DNA of 64,000 bases from Takakia lepidozioides (lineage: Eukaryota; Plantae; Bryophyta), in NCBI GenBank assembly GCA_030704615.1, contig CM060733.1, positions 4,898,001 through 4,962,000 on the forward strand, in the 5' to 3' direction. Shown here in pieces: positions 1 to 12,795 of this stretch (positions are counted from its first letter, which is position 1; every line of letters begins with the position of its first letter). Position numbers and translations under genes: made by a program. Below the pieces are notes generated by a model that worked only from the letters and a program-made list of their open reading frames with translations, did not search any database and had not been told where the DNA came from.

Positions 1-198
1 AGCTTTTCTCCCCTCAGTAAGCAGGTCTTGGTATATGCAGAAGAGCACGGACCTACCCCTAGGGGGTTTCCCCTCATAAACATACGCACATCTCACTTTC
101 AAAAGGTTCCACAAAGTTAGAGCCCTAAGGCTGGCCCATATAGGGGAAGCAGAATGCATGTGAGCAGGCAGGAAATTCAGCATGAGCAGAGAGTGTGG

Positions 199-836
199 AG
201 GGGGGGGTGGGAAAGACTCCCAATTGGCGTAAAAATTCAGAACAAAATACAGCCCTGCTTGTGCTCTCCCTGCAGGACCACATTGCCTCGGGAATTGCGT
301 TCTTGGCAGATTGTGAAGGAAGCTTGAGAATCACGGGCTCGCTGGATATCCATAAGCAACACTTGTATCCCATTAGAGTGTTGGATGGAAAGGGCAACCC
401 CAACCCAACCCCCCCGACAGGACAAGAAATGCAATGGGCCTTGCATTCGGACCTCACCTGGTTCCTGAACTACCCCCTGGCTTCTCTTCAGTTTGACCCG
501 GGGGAGTGGAGCTAGGCTGACGACAACCACTCCCCTTTCTTTGCTTATAAGGTCAAGTTAGGTTATTCCCTCTTCAGGCTAACTACATCCTTCTTTTCTA
601 GATGGAGTGAAAAATGGAGGCATTTGAATTTGATGCAGGGTGATTGGGATTCGATATGGAAGGATATATGGAAGAAACAAAGGGCTGCTAAAATCTCTGC
701 ATTTTTGTGGAAACTGGCTCATAGAATTCTTCCAGTAAATGCTAGGACTCATGCTAACTGTTGTTTGTGCATGACCCAGCCAGAGACCATAGAGCATTGT
801 TTGGTAGACTGCCCCTTCCCTGCCAGAGTTTGGCGA
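199..836 (+). pseudogene. Inverted segment of LINE ORF2 containing the C-terminal zf-RVT zinc finger
   Basis: ORFs 195-515 and 624-914 are in the same frame. WKDIWK..KISAFLWKLAHRILP..CCLC..ETIEHCLVDCPF..VW is zf-RVT-like. Minus-strand ORF2 resumes at 195-1 (LRALTLWNLLKVRCAYVYEG). Confidence 0.85.
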
Positions 837-1556
837 CCATTGCCGTTTAATGAAGCCATCCAGGCTGGTAGAGACCTCAAGTCTTCTCCAGATCTGAACA
901 GAGGGGACTTGTAGTCCGGAAGTGCCTGCAGCAAGGATGGCCAGGCTCTGGCACGTCTGGTACCCACCAATTGTGCCGTTGTAGCTGCGGGCAAAAACTC
1001 ATTGTGCTCCCAAGCAACCCCCACATGCGTGAAACCAACAGATTTCCAGAAGCCCCACTTGGGAAGTGACAACATCTCTGAGTTCATGATGGAATTCCAA
1101 AACATGGGCTGTCTGAATATTTCTGCGAAGCTTACCGGAGGTCTTTGGATTAGCTTGCCTTTTATGGATTGCCAAGCTGCCCAGATTGATTGCCAAGGAC
1201 GGGATCCGAGTTGCACATTAGCATTTTTCCCTTGCACAATCCAACGCAAAGAGTGAGCCCAAAGGGGGGAAGCAGAGGGTATTGCCCCCATTAAATATGG
1301 CTGGATTAGCTTACTCCAGGGGCTATGTCGGTGATTGATAGCTCTAGGAATCCATTTGGCCAGTAGGGCCTTTATTTGCGTCGCTGGGTCCAAAAGGCCC
1401 AGCCCTCCTTTATTTTTCGGTTGACAGAGCTGCTCCCAGGAAATCAGAGCCCTTCTAACTTGGGAGTGCGAGGATGCACCCCATATGAAATTTCGAATGA
1501 GTGCTCTAATCTCCTTTACCATGATTTTTTGTGGATCCCATATAGCTGCAGAGAAC
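837..1556 (-). pseudogene. LINE ORF2 post-RT region
   Basis: IRNFIWG...ISWEQLCQPKNKGGLGL...ALLAKW, typical of plant L1 ORF2 after the RT. Homologous to 60875-61450. Confidence 0.88.
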
Positions 1557-2379
1557 CAGGGTCTTTAAGTAGTGTGGGGTTTAGTTTGAAAAAACCCCTA
1601 ACCTTGATTCTGGACCCAGGGGTGTGGAGATCTAGCTGGATATTAGAGTGGTCAAACCCTGGAGGAATTGGATTAATAGCTTTTCTCACAAACCAATTCA
1701 ACAGATGAGCAGAGCAGTAAAACCAATCAAGCCGAGCAAGAGAGAGGTTGGGAGGCTCTCTATTGTTAGCCCATGTGAATCTTAGTTCACCTTCTGCCGG
1801 GTGGGGAGCATCCAATAGACCGACTGCTAGACAGAGAGAGTCCCAAGCGTCTCTTTCGGCGGTAGATAGGCCATGGACATTAGAGCCAGATCTGTCAGTG
1901 TCTAATTCAACCATATTGAAGTCACCTCCTACAATCCAGTGCTGGATATCCATATGCTGCAGCATCTTTGACCTTATAAGAGACCACATGTCAATGCGCT
2001 CTTCTTCAGCGTTGGGAGCATACACATTTACCATGCCAACCTTCCCTACGGACTGACCCATATTCATGATGATAAGCTGAACACGACCCTGGACCCATAT
2101 CTCATTAGCAAGAATACTAGGGCCCAACGAAGGAGAAACCAGGATCGTTGTCCCCCCTCTTGAGTACACTATGGTGGGGTTCCAGAAAGCAGAGTTAACA
2201 GGCCACAGAGATGCACCCAGGGAAGCAATTTTAGCTAGGTCCAGCTTGTGTTCTTGCAAAAAAATTACAGAGGATCGATTGATAAGATTAGAGGCCCATA
2301 GTCTGATTCTCGCCTTTTTTGGAGCTAAGTGATCAGATCCAATGCCTCTTATGTTCCAGCTGGTTGGGGAGCAATTCAT
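1557..2379 (-). pseudogene. LINE ORF2 apurinic-like endonuclease domain
   Basis: APE motifs SWNIRG, FLQEHK, NVYAPN, GGDFN, FTW, ARLDWFY and FDH. Confidence 0.92.
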
Positions 2380-4703
2380 GGTACCTGTGGTAGCAGGCCC
2401 GCGGTGATCCCACGATTTGATGGCCAGGCAGGAAGGAACCTGAATTTGGTTCTTTTATCAAGGGGCTGAAGCATGTAGATCCACTTAAAGCCAACAGGGG
2501 GGGGGGAATAAACGGGATGTTCCACAAATACACTTGCCTAGACCTCTTCCTTTTGTTAACGCAATGTAATTCCATGAATTGGTTCCTGGTATCTTTGAAC
2601 ATTAACAGATCTGCCAAGGTAAGATTCCAGGATAGAATTGAAGAGAGAAGGCCAACAGAGGTATCAGAAAGAAGAGAAAAAGAGACATCGTTCCATCCTG
2701 GCAGGACCTTGTTTTCCATGGGTTGGTGTTCCATGACCAGCATCCAGCCTCTTTTTAGATTGGTATTGTCTGGAACAAAGAAAAGAAGAGGAGCGTAAGC
2801 ATGAGAAAACATGCTTACCGTAGGTGGCGAGTTTACAGTCTCTTCCGGCTGCATCGCCTCGGTGATGTCCTTGTGTGCCCCATTGGAGGAGAGCACCATG
2901 TCTGTGTTATTGTATATCACCAACTCCTTGTTGTTGATGGGCTCCACACTCCTGCCTTCCTGCACTGCCTGCATTGCCAAGCCTTGGAGCTTCTGCAAAC
3001 TTGCCAGTTCTACTATCATTCAAATACCTTCTTCCATGAATAGGGAGCTGCGTGCCCAGGCATTAGGGTCGTTGACCCTACAAGACAAGCCAAATTTGTC
3101 CACCCATACCTCATTGATAGGCTTGTCCGAGGCCTGCCCCAAGTCGGTAGCAAGGAAGATTGGGAGCACATGTATAACCGCCAAATTGACAAGGGCAACG
3201 TTGTTCTCTACCATGATACCTATGTCATAAATGTGAGATAGAGATAGAGATATATGGGGGAAGAACTCCCTGAGGATCTGGCCGGTTAGAAAGAGAGTGA
3301 TATCCTTCACACTTCCGACCCCCAAATCCTTGGCCAAGGGCTCAGAAACCCATGCAGAGCGGAAGCCCTCCCCGTCCTCTGGCAAACAAAAATTTGTGTA
3401 ATTGTCAGAAAGGGTGTAAACCAAAGGAGTTACACAAATGTGCTGATCCGGGGGCCCATCCATTGAGAGGCTTTCTGGTGAAAGTGTGCAGTTCCAGGAA
3501 AACAATTGCCAAAATTGTGCTATCCAAAAATTGCAGCTCCTCCTCAGAGAAAGGAAAAGATGCCCAAGCGTCCTTCACTCTGACAGGATGTAGATCATAC
3601 GAGGGGTTTGGGTGTATCCATGACCCGGACTTCTCTCCGTTTCTCTTCCTTTTTTTAGAAGTCTGACCCTGATGAGGGACCTCAACGTCTACTTCCTTGG
3701 TGACTGGAGCGTGAGTGGCCTGAGCAGCAGTCTTGTATGAGGAGCCAGCTACTTCTGTCTGTGGAAAGGAGTGCTTGGCGTCGTCGGAGGCGTTTTGTTT
3801 GTTGATTTTGGGACAGTTGGATCGCACATGACCTTCACCGTTGCAACCAAAGCAAATCGTGGAGATGAGCTCCTCGCGGATAGCTACCACGATGTATGAA
3901 TCATCTAGCGTTGGCAACTTGATGGACGAGCCTATTGGCTTAGTTTCCGGCATCAGAACAACCAACTTGGGCACGCCATTGTCTCTGGTGAAGTCAATGC
4001 AAGCAGCTTCTGTGTCCACGCTTTTGATAGTATCTTGAATAGGCTCGAACACGTTCAGAGAGCTGATGAAAGTGCCGAAGCTGGCCCCTATTTCAGGGAG
4101 AGAAGAGAGATATATGGCAGGTAGGAAAAGGATTGCAATAACCCTCGGTTTCCAGAGCACTCCCTGTTTGTGACCCCAGTCATGGGTCCAGGGGAAAATG
4201 AAAGTCTTTGCTGCTGACATTTGTGTGTTGAACTTGAGAGCCGATTCTGCTTCGGCTGAGTTGCAGAATAGAACCAGGTAGAAACCTCTGCCCATGGAAA
4301 GGCAGAAGTGTTGGTCGAGTCCTCCCTCCGCTCCAATGTGTTTAACGATCCACGTGCGGATCCACTTCCTAGCTCTAAGCTTCCCAGGGAAGTAGAGGAG
4401 AATTCCTCTCTGAGTGAGTTTTTCCGCTTGCACCTTAAGCTTTTCCTTGTCAAGTGCTAACACTGGCTGCTCATTGGTATCTTGTGGAATGGAGTCCTCC
4501 CATACCCCCTCATCTTCCATGGAAGAGTGGTCAATGATCGGTGGGGTTGGGCCTTTGCCCAAGATTGAATCGCCCGTGCCATCGGAGGTAGAGTAGTTCT
4601 TAGTGATCCATTTTGACTTCCCCTTGTTCATCGCAAGTGCAAATCCTGGGCGAATCGATGATCCCCCCCCTGTTTCCTCGCTTGCTGGCTGTACCCCTGG
4701 CAC
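2333..4703 (-). pseudogene. LINE ORF1 (DUF4283-like region, zinc knuckle, long C-terminal extension), frameshifted into 3 pieces
   Basis: ORFs 3405-4703, 3020-3505 and 2333-3019. Motifs MGRGFYLVLF (DUF4283-like) and CFGCNGEGHVRSNCP (CX2CX4HX4C). Colinear with 55218-57508. Confidence 0.85.
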
Positions 4704-6669
4704 TCATGGCTTCAGATTTTGAGGAGAGGAGCAAACTGCACGTGTAGTATGCAACAAATAGTCACTCACCTCACCCCACACCCCCCAATGTCACAGTAAG
4801 AAGACACTTGTGTAGGGTATGGAAGAGACAACTTGGAACAAGCAATAGAGTGGAGGCTAGAGGCAGAAACTTATGATCGAGATGCAAGACTACACAATCT
4901 GTCACCTTTCGAGAAGCGGCAAGGAAGAAGATTAAGAGTAACAGCAGTAAAGGGAGAAGGGGGAGCGCTCTTAGAAATATGAGGCCACTTGCAGCTTGAA
5001 ATCCTGAGCGGGAAAAGGAATCATGTCAAAGCCGCATTTGTAGTCAAGTTAGCTGGAGATAGCAAGGGACTTAATGAAATTACAGAGCAGTCAGAGGAGG
5101 CAGGTTTAGCATGGAGAATGGGTTGTCAATGTTGCTTGCACGGGGAATCGCGCCGCAGCTTAGTGAAGACGGCCCATAATTGGAGGATTGGGAAGAGCTC
5201 CCGGATGATAGATGGAAGAGAAAGGTTGCCCGGAGTAGAGAGAGAAGTGGAGGAGTTGGGGGAATGAGAAGAGTTCCGTTAGTTTGTTAGTTAGATTAGG
5301 GAATGGGGCAAGGCCCTAGAGACGTCGACGATGATACTGAGAGCTTGCCTGTAGCTTCAGTACTCATCAAAGTATATGGGGAGATGCGAGGAGGCCGAAC
5401 GGGGGAGAGCTTGAGAAAAACTAAGTCCCCCGGCTCTCTCACCGCAACCTGCGGAGCCATCTCCCATTATGATTAAAAGTTATATTCTAGAATCTATACT
5501 CTTAAGTTCTTGATTAATTCTAACTTAAAAAGAATTCAAATATGATATTTCACTCCATTTTGGCAAATAGGCCGACATTGAACACTAAGCTTAAGCTTAT
5601 CACAATTCTACTTATATTAATGATAATTATTCATGTAATAAGATTAATGAGAATCCACTTAAAAGTCCGATTTTCTCCACATAGTATGAATTTTTACCAA
5701 AAAAAACTTAGTATGAGACATAAGATTGTGCATGTCATCTTTCACAAAGTGTATGATTACTGAAATATTTTGACCTAAAATCCTCGAAAATTACACATTA
5801 TTTAATTTAACTTGCACAAAGAACCAAGATTATGATACTAGGGCTCCAATGATAGGACTAGGAATGTGAGATCCACCCCTCATCAGTAGGACAATCTGAC
5901 ACAGATTTGATAATTATAATTTTCATAACATACTTACAATGGAGTCTATTGTATCAAACTCCTCAATATATTACTTATTTTGTTAAAAGCTTGCACAAAG
6001 ATCCATGACTATATTAGGGTTACAATGTGACTTTACCAACGAATCACCATGACAAGAATTTAGGCCACTATTACAATGGTTGGTTTGGTCAACCTAAATT
6101 AGTTGATAAAATCTTTTGAAAAACAATTATCCTAATAATGTCAAATCAGTTGGACCCATAATGAAGTTGTGAAAGAAAATACCTTAAGAGAGATTGACTG
6201 TAGTGTGTTGTCTCTCTTTGTCATTTTGTGCATATTTATGGTCTTCCAATCTTTGTCTAAGTTGTTCATCCATTGCTTTTTTTATGTCCATCCTTTCAAC
6301 CACTCGCAAAGTTTCATATTGTCAGCAATACACTCAAAATAGGACAAATAATCAGAATAACAAACAATTCAATGTTATATATATGATAGAAATAAATGAC
6401 AAAACAATGAATCTATCAAATGATGCACGTCTTTGACAAGTAGAGCGACTGGATAAATCATTTGGGACTCATTTATAGAGGCACATATGTTGACATCCAT
6501 TAGCTAGTATTTCCCAAGAAAAAACTAATCATTTTAGAAGTATTTGAAGGGTTGGTAATGGGAAGTTGGACATGACCGCAAAAGTTCACCAATCATCTAC
6601 GCACATCGAAATGAGATTATGAACCGATTTCTCCTCACTATAATTGATATGTTGATAGAACATAATATC

Positions 6670-6835
6670 CAATAGATTGCCCAATGGTTAGGGCATAATA
6701 CCATTTCATTAGTGGTTGTTTGTTCAAAAACCACATAACTGTGTTGGATGTCATAAAGGTGTCCACCTTCCCATTAGAAGGCAGTAGCCCTCGGATCAAG
6801 TGACACCATAAGTTACGCTTGCTTCGGCAAGAATC
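6670..6835 (+). mobile_element. Degraded tRNA-derived SINE-like element (same family as 22820-22987)
   Basis: TGTCATAAAGGTGTCCACC..GAAGGCAGTAGC..TCAAGTGACACCATAAGTTACG matches the reverse complement of 22844-22910. The A and B boxes are decayed. Confidence 0.6.
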
Positions 6836-7080
6836 CACATTTATTTTATTTTTTGCTAGACCATATGAGGAGAAGATAGTCCAACATCCTTGAGTGTGTA
6901 ATTTGTCACTAAGAAATATATATGTTATATACATTTAACTTGTACTAGTACGACAATAAACTAATGAAAGATAATTAAAACCCTTTTTTGAATTCCCAAC
7001 AATCTATGTATGGGCCCAAAATAATCAAAAATTGGTTGTGCATAAGACAAGTATGCAAATATCTTAAGGCCCTATCAGAA

Positions 7081-7086
<6 letters not shown>

Positions 7087-7122
<36 letters not shown>
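7087..7122. repeat. (AC)n microsatellite
   Basis: Uninterrupted AC run. (TA)n tracts also occur near 7743, 12052 and 34663. Confidence 0.95.
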
Positions 7123-7133
<11 letters not shown>

Positions 7134-9855
7134 CTTAAAATTGCTAATGATAAGTGTATTAGGAACTATTCATTTACCCACCCACCAAAGGTACATTTTA
7201 GTTGGTTGGCACAAAAATGAAAATAGTGTATAAAAAGATTTTCGGTGTGCATGTAAAAGAGAGTTATGAACAATCAACAATAAGATATGTCCGAGTCTTA
7301 TGCTATTTTTCTGTTTATATCATCAAACAAATTTATCACAAACCATATTCTTAGTACACAAAATGTATACTTATCACTATCTCAACTAAAACTCACATGA
7401 ATAAATATCTATTCAAATAAATTACTTTTTTACAAAGGTTAGCTCAATCTATATGAAAGGTTGACCGTTGAAAGATACATACTGAAGACGTAAAGTGTCT
7501 CTTTGTGTTGGATCAACACCTACACGAACTCTTGCTTCGAAATCAAATATTTTCATTGCTCGAAAAACTCTTTCTCACCTGCTTACCCACATTATATTAT
7601 GCATTATGCATTATAGAGCCCACCTCCTTTAAGGGGGCAGTACCCACAGGGGGAAGAGGCTCTTATTTACGCTAGCTTCGGCTGGCATTGTATATGTATA
7701 TATGTATTGCAATAATCAAATGAGGTAGACCAAACTCGTGTGTATATATATATATATATGAACTTCAATAGCATATATATACTAGTATACATCTTATGAG
7801 TACATTCTAGCAATTCAAGATTATTGTACTAAAGTAATTTTTTTATTCCGCAACAAAGATAAGAGGATAATAATTATTTTTTAGAAAGAGGGTTTTCAAC
7901 CTACATCTCATAAATTATTAAAATATTGTTACTACAACATATGGTGATGAAAGCACCAATGTGTTATAATTCATCTTTAGTGTAATGTTGTTGTAGGTAT
8001 TATTATAGGTAATGTTTTTATGCTTATATTATTTGATTATGTATTATTTAGTAATGAAAAATACACTTTGAGATATTGGAGCTAACTAGGTGGATTTATA
8101 TCTTTATCATACTTTAATAGTGAAGAAGTCTACAATATAAAACTGTTAGGATGAAGATGTACATAAGCGTTGTACCTCATCATTGTTTTTGTTGGGGGGT
8201 TTGTTGCGTCTATTCATGATGCTTTGTCTTAGACGAGATGTAGTACTCCTTTCCATTTCTAAAGCCAATGACAACTTATTAACTAATTATCATAAGCTCA
8301 AAAAATAACCATGATTGTTGTTCAAAATCAAACCACAATATTATCTTGGTAAAATGTTATATTTCGCATAAATGTCTTATATACCTCTGTGCAAAGTCCA
8401 ATCTTAGTAACACTCCACTTCTTCTCGACAATGGAACTCTGACTCATAGTTGTATTGCCATAAGAATATGATGGAAGTCATGTATGTAAATGTGTATTGA
8501 AGTTTCAATAGACATTAGGAGCAAGAGACAATGTTACATTTTTCTTTCATATCACCCATCTCTCTCAACTTTCAACTTTTGGGCTAACTCCCATACATGC
8601 ACACTCTAAAAAATAATCCCAAATGGTGGGGAAGAACTATGAGGCACTTTAGACCACCTCTCATTATGTGTCGCGTTTATTGTATCTCCCTCAGTTTCGT
8701 GTGCTCCAGTTGGGAAACATGTCGGTTATGGTCTTTTACCTAATCCCATTTCAGCTGATTTGGGCTGTCTTTGTGCTTGCATACGAACCTAGGTTGGGTT
8801 ATCTTAACCACCATTCACACAACCTTAGATGAATGAAAGGACGTTGTAGCTATACATAATTTTTCATCAAAGGTTTTTGTTTGAGCCGTAACCCTTAAAT
8901 GATTAGGGCCCAGATAAACATTTGATGCATCCATGTCCATGGATACAAATGAAATAGCAAGGAAAATCCAACATTGGTCTGCTGAGATGAACCTTATGTG
9001 CCTCATGCGCTCATGCACCTCATGTGTATGGTTTTGAGATCCAACCAGTTTAACAATGGATGATGCTTACAGAATGTTAGTGAGTAAGAAGATTAAGGTT
9101 TTTTTTTTTTTGGTCAAAGCAAGCCTGACTTGTGGCCATCACAACAAGTAATCACTGACTACACAAAATAACCAAGGTCACATGTCACAAAAAAGAATCA
9201 CTCCTTGTAGCATAAGTTATATACGATCAATAAAGAAAAATAAATGAAAATAAAATTTATAGTCTGGTGTTAGAATCTGTCATCGAATGTGACAGCTATT
9301 ATTTATTGCATGTCATTTTACACCGAATGGCTATTGCTTTCTGTTTAGAAGGTGGTCACCTTTGTTGATGGGTATGCATTTTGTAATACTGGTTTGACAA
9401 TAAAGGGTTTTTTTACCCTGTTGCATTTATATTCATGATCCAATACTATTAGTAATGTTATAGACAAGGGACAAAAACGAGTTCTAATGACATTTGTTGC
9501 GAATTTCTTTGAGCAGCTAGGTACTCACACTCTCGCGCAATATGTCATTAAGTCTGTAAATGCATATTCAATATACATGTTAACCTATTTTAGTTAGAAA
9601 AAAATGAAGGATCGTCAAACCATGAATCAAAGACAGGTTCTGATGCAGCGTTTTATATTATTATAATTATATTAAAACCATTGTGGAAAATCCATGGGAA
9701 GATTTTGTTTGGCTGCCTACTTCAATGGACAATGAAGATTTGCCCATACATGAGTTTGGATTTACATGTCTTCAATGTTGATGACAATGGACCAATATTG
9801 CAGACAATATGTTGAATTTAGATTTTTTTTTTTTTTAAAACATTACCACACATAA

Positions 9856-10380
9856 CTAGTTATGATAGCTTGTGCCGTTGGCCCAAGTGTCCCAAGTTTC
9901 ATCTAAGCCCAAGTGCAATCTCCTATGTATCTATGTGTGTCTCCTATGTAGAGGCCCAAGTGTGACCTCAAGTGTCCAATGTCACCTAAATCCAAGTGCA
10001 ATCCCAAAGCCCACTTTGCTATTTTTGCAATTTCCCCTATCGAGGCTTCATATATTGATTTATCCACTTTGCTATTTTTTGCGAATTTCTAGCGACCAAA
10101 AGTATTTGAAATTCCAAATCTCCCACCTGAATGGCCAATCATTGCTCCAGGAAAGCCCACTTTGCTATTTTTTTCGAATTTCCAATCACCCAAAGCACTT
10201 GAAATTCCAGATCTCCCACCCCCCTAGTCCAAAAATCATGAGACCAAGCCGGTGCACCCTTCCTCACCGAGGGCTTTCCAATGACACCAAGCACCCGCGT
10301 TGGGGCCCCGCGGTTTGGGAGATCTCAATGACGCTACAAAACAAAATAAAGCAAAACAAACGTCTCCCTTCATGTATTGA
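9856..10380 (-). mobile_element. Non-autonomous Helitron, 525 bp
   Basis: The minus strand reads A|TCAATAC...CTTGGGCC-AAC-GGCACAAG (hairpin)-CTATCATAA-CTAG|T. This gives 5' TC, a subterminal hairpin, 3' CTAG, an AT target and no TSD. Internal direct repeats (CCCACTTTGCTATTTTT x3). Confidence 0.85.
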
Positions 10381-10484
10381 TTACAGGTCATCAGAATATA
10401 GGTGGGTCCTTCATGGAGTACATTGAAATGAATATAGGGAGCTTCCTGAATCGATTGAACAAGTTGAATGTCAAAGAGGGTTTT

Positions 10485-11190
10485 TGTCTAATTACATCAG
10501 CATCAAGTTGTTTGAATGTATTAAGAAGATTGCATATATTTGTTTTTATTTATTTATGTATATCTGCGTCCTGAAGAAGTACTAACTCTGCATTCTAGGG
10601 CAATGTGAATGAGGGCCTGCCCAGGTACATAGCCACACAGGGGCCTCTTAGGAGCACGATAGGTGAGTTCTGGATTTTGGTGCTACAACAGCAATGCCTG
10701 GCCATTGTCATGCTGACCCAAGTTGTTGATGTAGACCAGGTATTTCACCTTCTTATTTTGATATAGGTCCACTTTCAAACCCAAATTAAGCTCATTTTGA
10801 AACACGTGAAATTTTCAATCCTTCACGAAATCAATACAGGCAAGCATCTTGTAACAGGCAAAATGGTGGTGGATGTCATTGACAAGATAGGTGTGCCCCC
10901 TACTATCTATAGCAGTCCAAGACATATGGACACATTCAGGCTCCTGCGGCTAACAGTGTTTTTTGCAGTCACTTTTCTTTATCCCTTCTCTGAGATTTGT
11001 TGTCTCACTTGTTACTAGAAACACAAAATTTGTCAAGCTTTTCTGTGACTTTCCATGGAGGGGATGATGGGGCTTCATGCAGTCTTGGCATAGGTATGAC
11101 AGCCACCTATTTTGGCTGGAGATTTTATGGCAGTCAATATTCATAACACTCTGCAGCAATTTAGATTGCAGCTTGAGGGCCTGATTCAAA
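10485..11190 (+). pseudogene. Classical protein tyrosine phosphatase (plant PTP1-like) pseudogene fragments
   Basis: AG/GT-bounded exon 10599-10739 encodes GNVNEGLPRYIATQGPLRSTIGEFWILVLQQQCLAIVMLTQVVD. RCAPYYL*QSKTYGHI lies near 10888. The decayed P-loop CSLGIGMTATY is at 11078 (consensus CSAGIGRTG), followed by LAGDFMAVNIHNTLQQFRLQLEGLIQT. Confidence 0.85.
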
Positions 11191-12048
11191 CTATTGTAAA
11201 TTTTTCAATATATGTCAGTCTCCCCCACGGACTTCTGTACAATGTAGTACTTGTTGAGAGAGTGACAAAGACATCTTTCAGTACAAGAAGGGTCTCAAGT
11301 TGCCTGATACTTGCCTTGTTTACTATCTTGACTTAGTGACACTCTGGTTCGCCTTTTGGTCTTATTACACCAGCTCATACTTAACTGTGAAATGTTTCTG
11401 GACACTGCAGACAATTCTTCCTCCATTTTCTGTCTGCTTGGAAGGTACGCATCACACAAACTCTCTTTGCCCGTTCTGCTCTATCTATGTTTATGTATTT
11501 GTCCCCAAAAAGGGACGCCCAAAAGACGATGCTATATCTCTGGACAGTTGTAAACTCAGGTAGTGGGCGTGGTGGTGAGGAAAGTGTGCATATCCTCGAT
11601 GTATTGTTATCTCTATCCATGCAAGGAAGTCCATCACCCAATTTGTTTGGTTCCTTCTTCTTAAAGATTACCCACGTACTGATCGCTCACAAAACTGTGC
11701 ACGATCTGTGACATAAAGGAGTTTGACATCATTCATGATTGCTTTCGTGAAACAATGTTGCAGCTATATGTGTAGTTGTTCTTTTAAAGTGGAGATTGGA
11801 TTACGAATTATTACATTTGATTGCTAGAACATAGGGATGAAGTAGCTTTCTGATGTCTCTAGTGATGGTAAGAGTGATGAGCCCAATGGCGTACATGGTC
11901 ATGAGGCGGACTCTGACTTTGATAGGGCGAAAGCTGCTTCTTGACACATATTGATCATTCAAGTTCTTGCCATCAACCATAAGCAATCTGACATCAGCCA
12001 TCAGCAATAAGCCATAAGCAATCAGCAAAGGTCAAAAGCTCATAAATG

Positions 12049-12081
<33 letters not shown>

Positions 12082-12339
12082 CTGTTGTTATTTGTCTATA
12101 TCATAATTTTAATACATTAATAATATAAATATACAAAATCCACATTTTCAATAACAAATCATAGACATTGTTTTAGTTTTCCAGAATTGTTTTCTATATG
12201 ATACAATAAATTTGCTTAAGTAATAAAAAAAATTATTTTTCCAATACGATTGGTTAAATGAGATGTATTCCCTAATATTACGGCACCGTGTCATTCAACA
12301 TTTAAAAGATCTGAATTCAAATGATCCATGACTGATTAT

Positions 12340-12795
12340 GCATCCAAGTTTTATATTCAGTACATGAGTATAGAAATAATTTACAAAGTCATAGTACCAA
12401 AATATCAGATGGAGATAACTCAAATAGAGTCCAATTATGCTATAGTTATCTCAGTTAATTTTGCTCAATTAACATAAATTAGTTTCAATTAACTATGACT
12501 CAAGTGAGAGTACCAGAAATAGCGGTTAGAGATATTTTAGCATCTAGTTATGCTATAGTTATCTTATCTAATTCTGCCTAGTTTCCTTAAGTTAGCTTCA
12601 CTTAGGAGTGTCTTGTTATAGTGGCAGAATATCAATTGCAAATCAGTAAGCATCCAGTTATGCTATAGTTATCTCAGTTAATTCTACTCAGTTACCTTAA
12701 ATTAGCGACTCAAGTCATAGTACCAGAATAACAACTGGAGATAATTCAAGTCTAGCATGCACTTATATATAATATTGCTATAATTATCTCAAGTA
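12340..12795. repeat. Degenerate ~110-bp tandem repeat, about 4 units
   Basis: TTATGCTATAGTTATCT recurs near 12436, 12548, 12658 and (decayed) 12776. AAGTCATAGTACCA also recurs. Confidence 0.7.

Larger units (their letters stand above)
1..5465 (-). mobile_element. L1/Tx1-type LINE retrotransposon, copy 1 (5' end intact, RT domain deleted, internal inversion, 3' end runs off the window)
   Basis: The minus strand reads 5' UTR, ORF1 with CCHC knuckle, APE endonuclease, then post-RT region. The 5' terminus GGCTCCGCAGGTTGCGGTGAG..GGGACTTAG is shared with copy 2 at ~54561. Confidence 0.92.

Noticed and set aside
12340-12795. Repeat-protein coding sequence
   Set aside because: Unit lengths vary and no ORF of 60 aa or more is present, so it is treated as a decayed non-coding tandem repeat.
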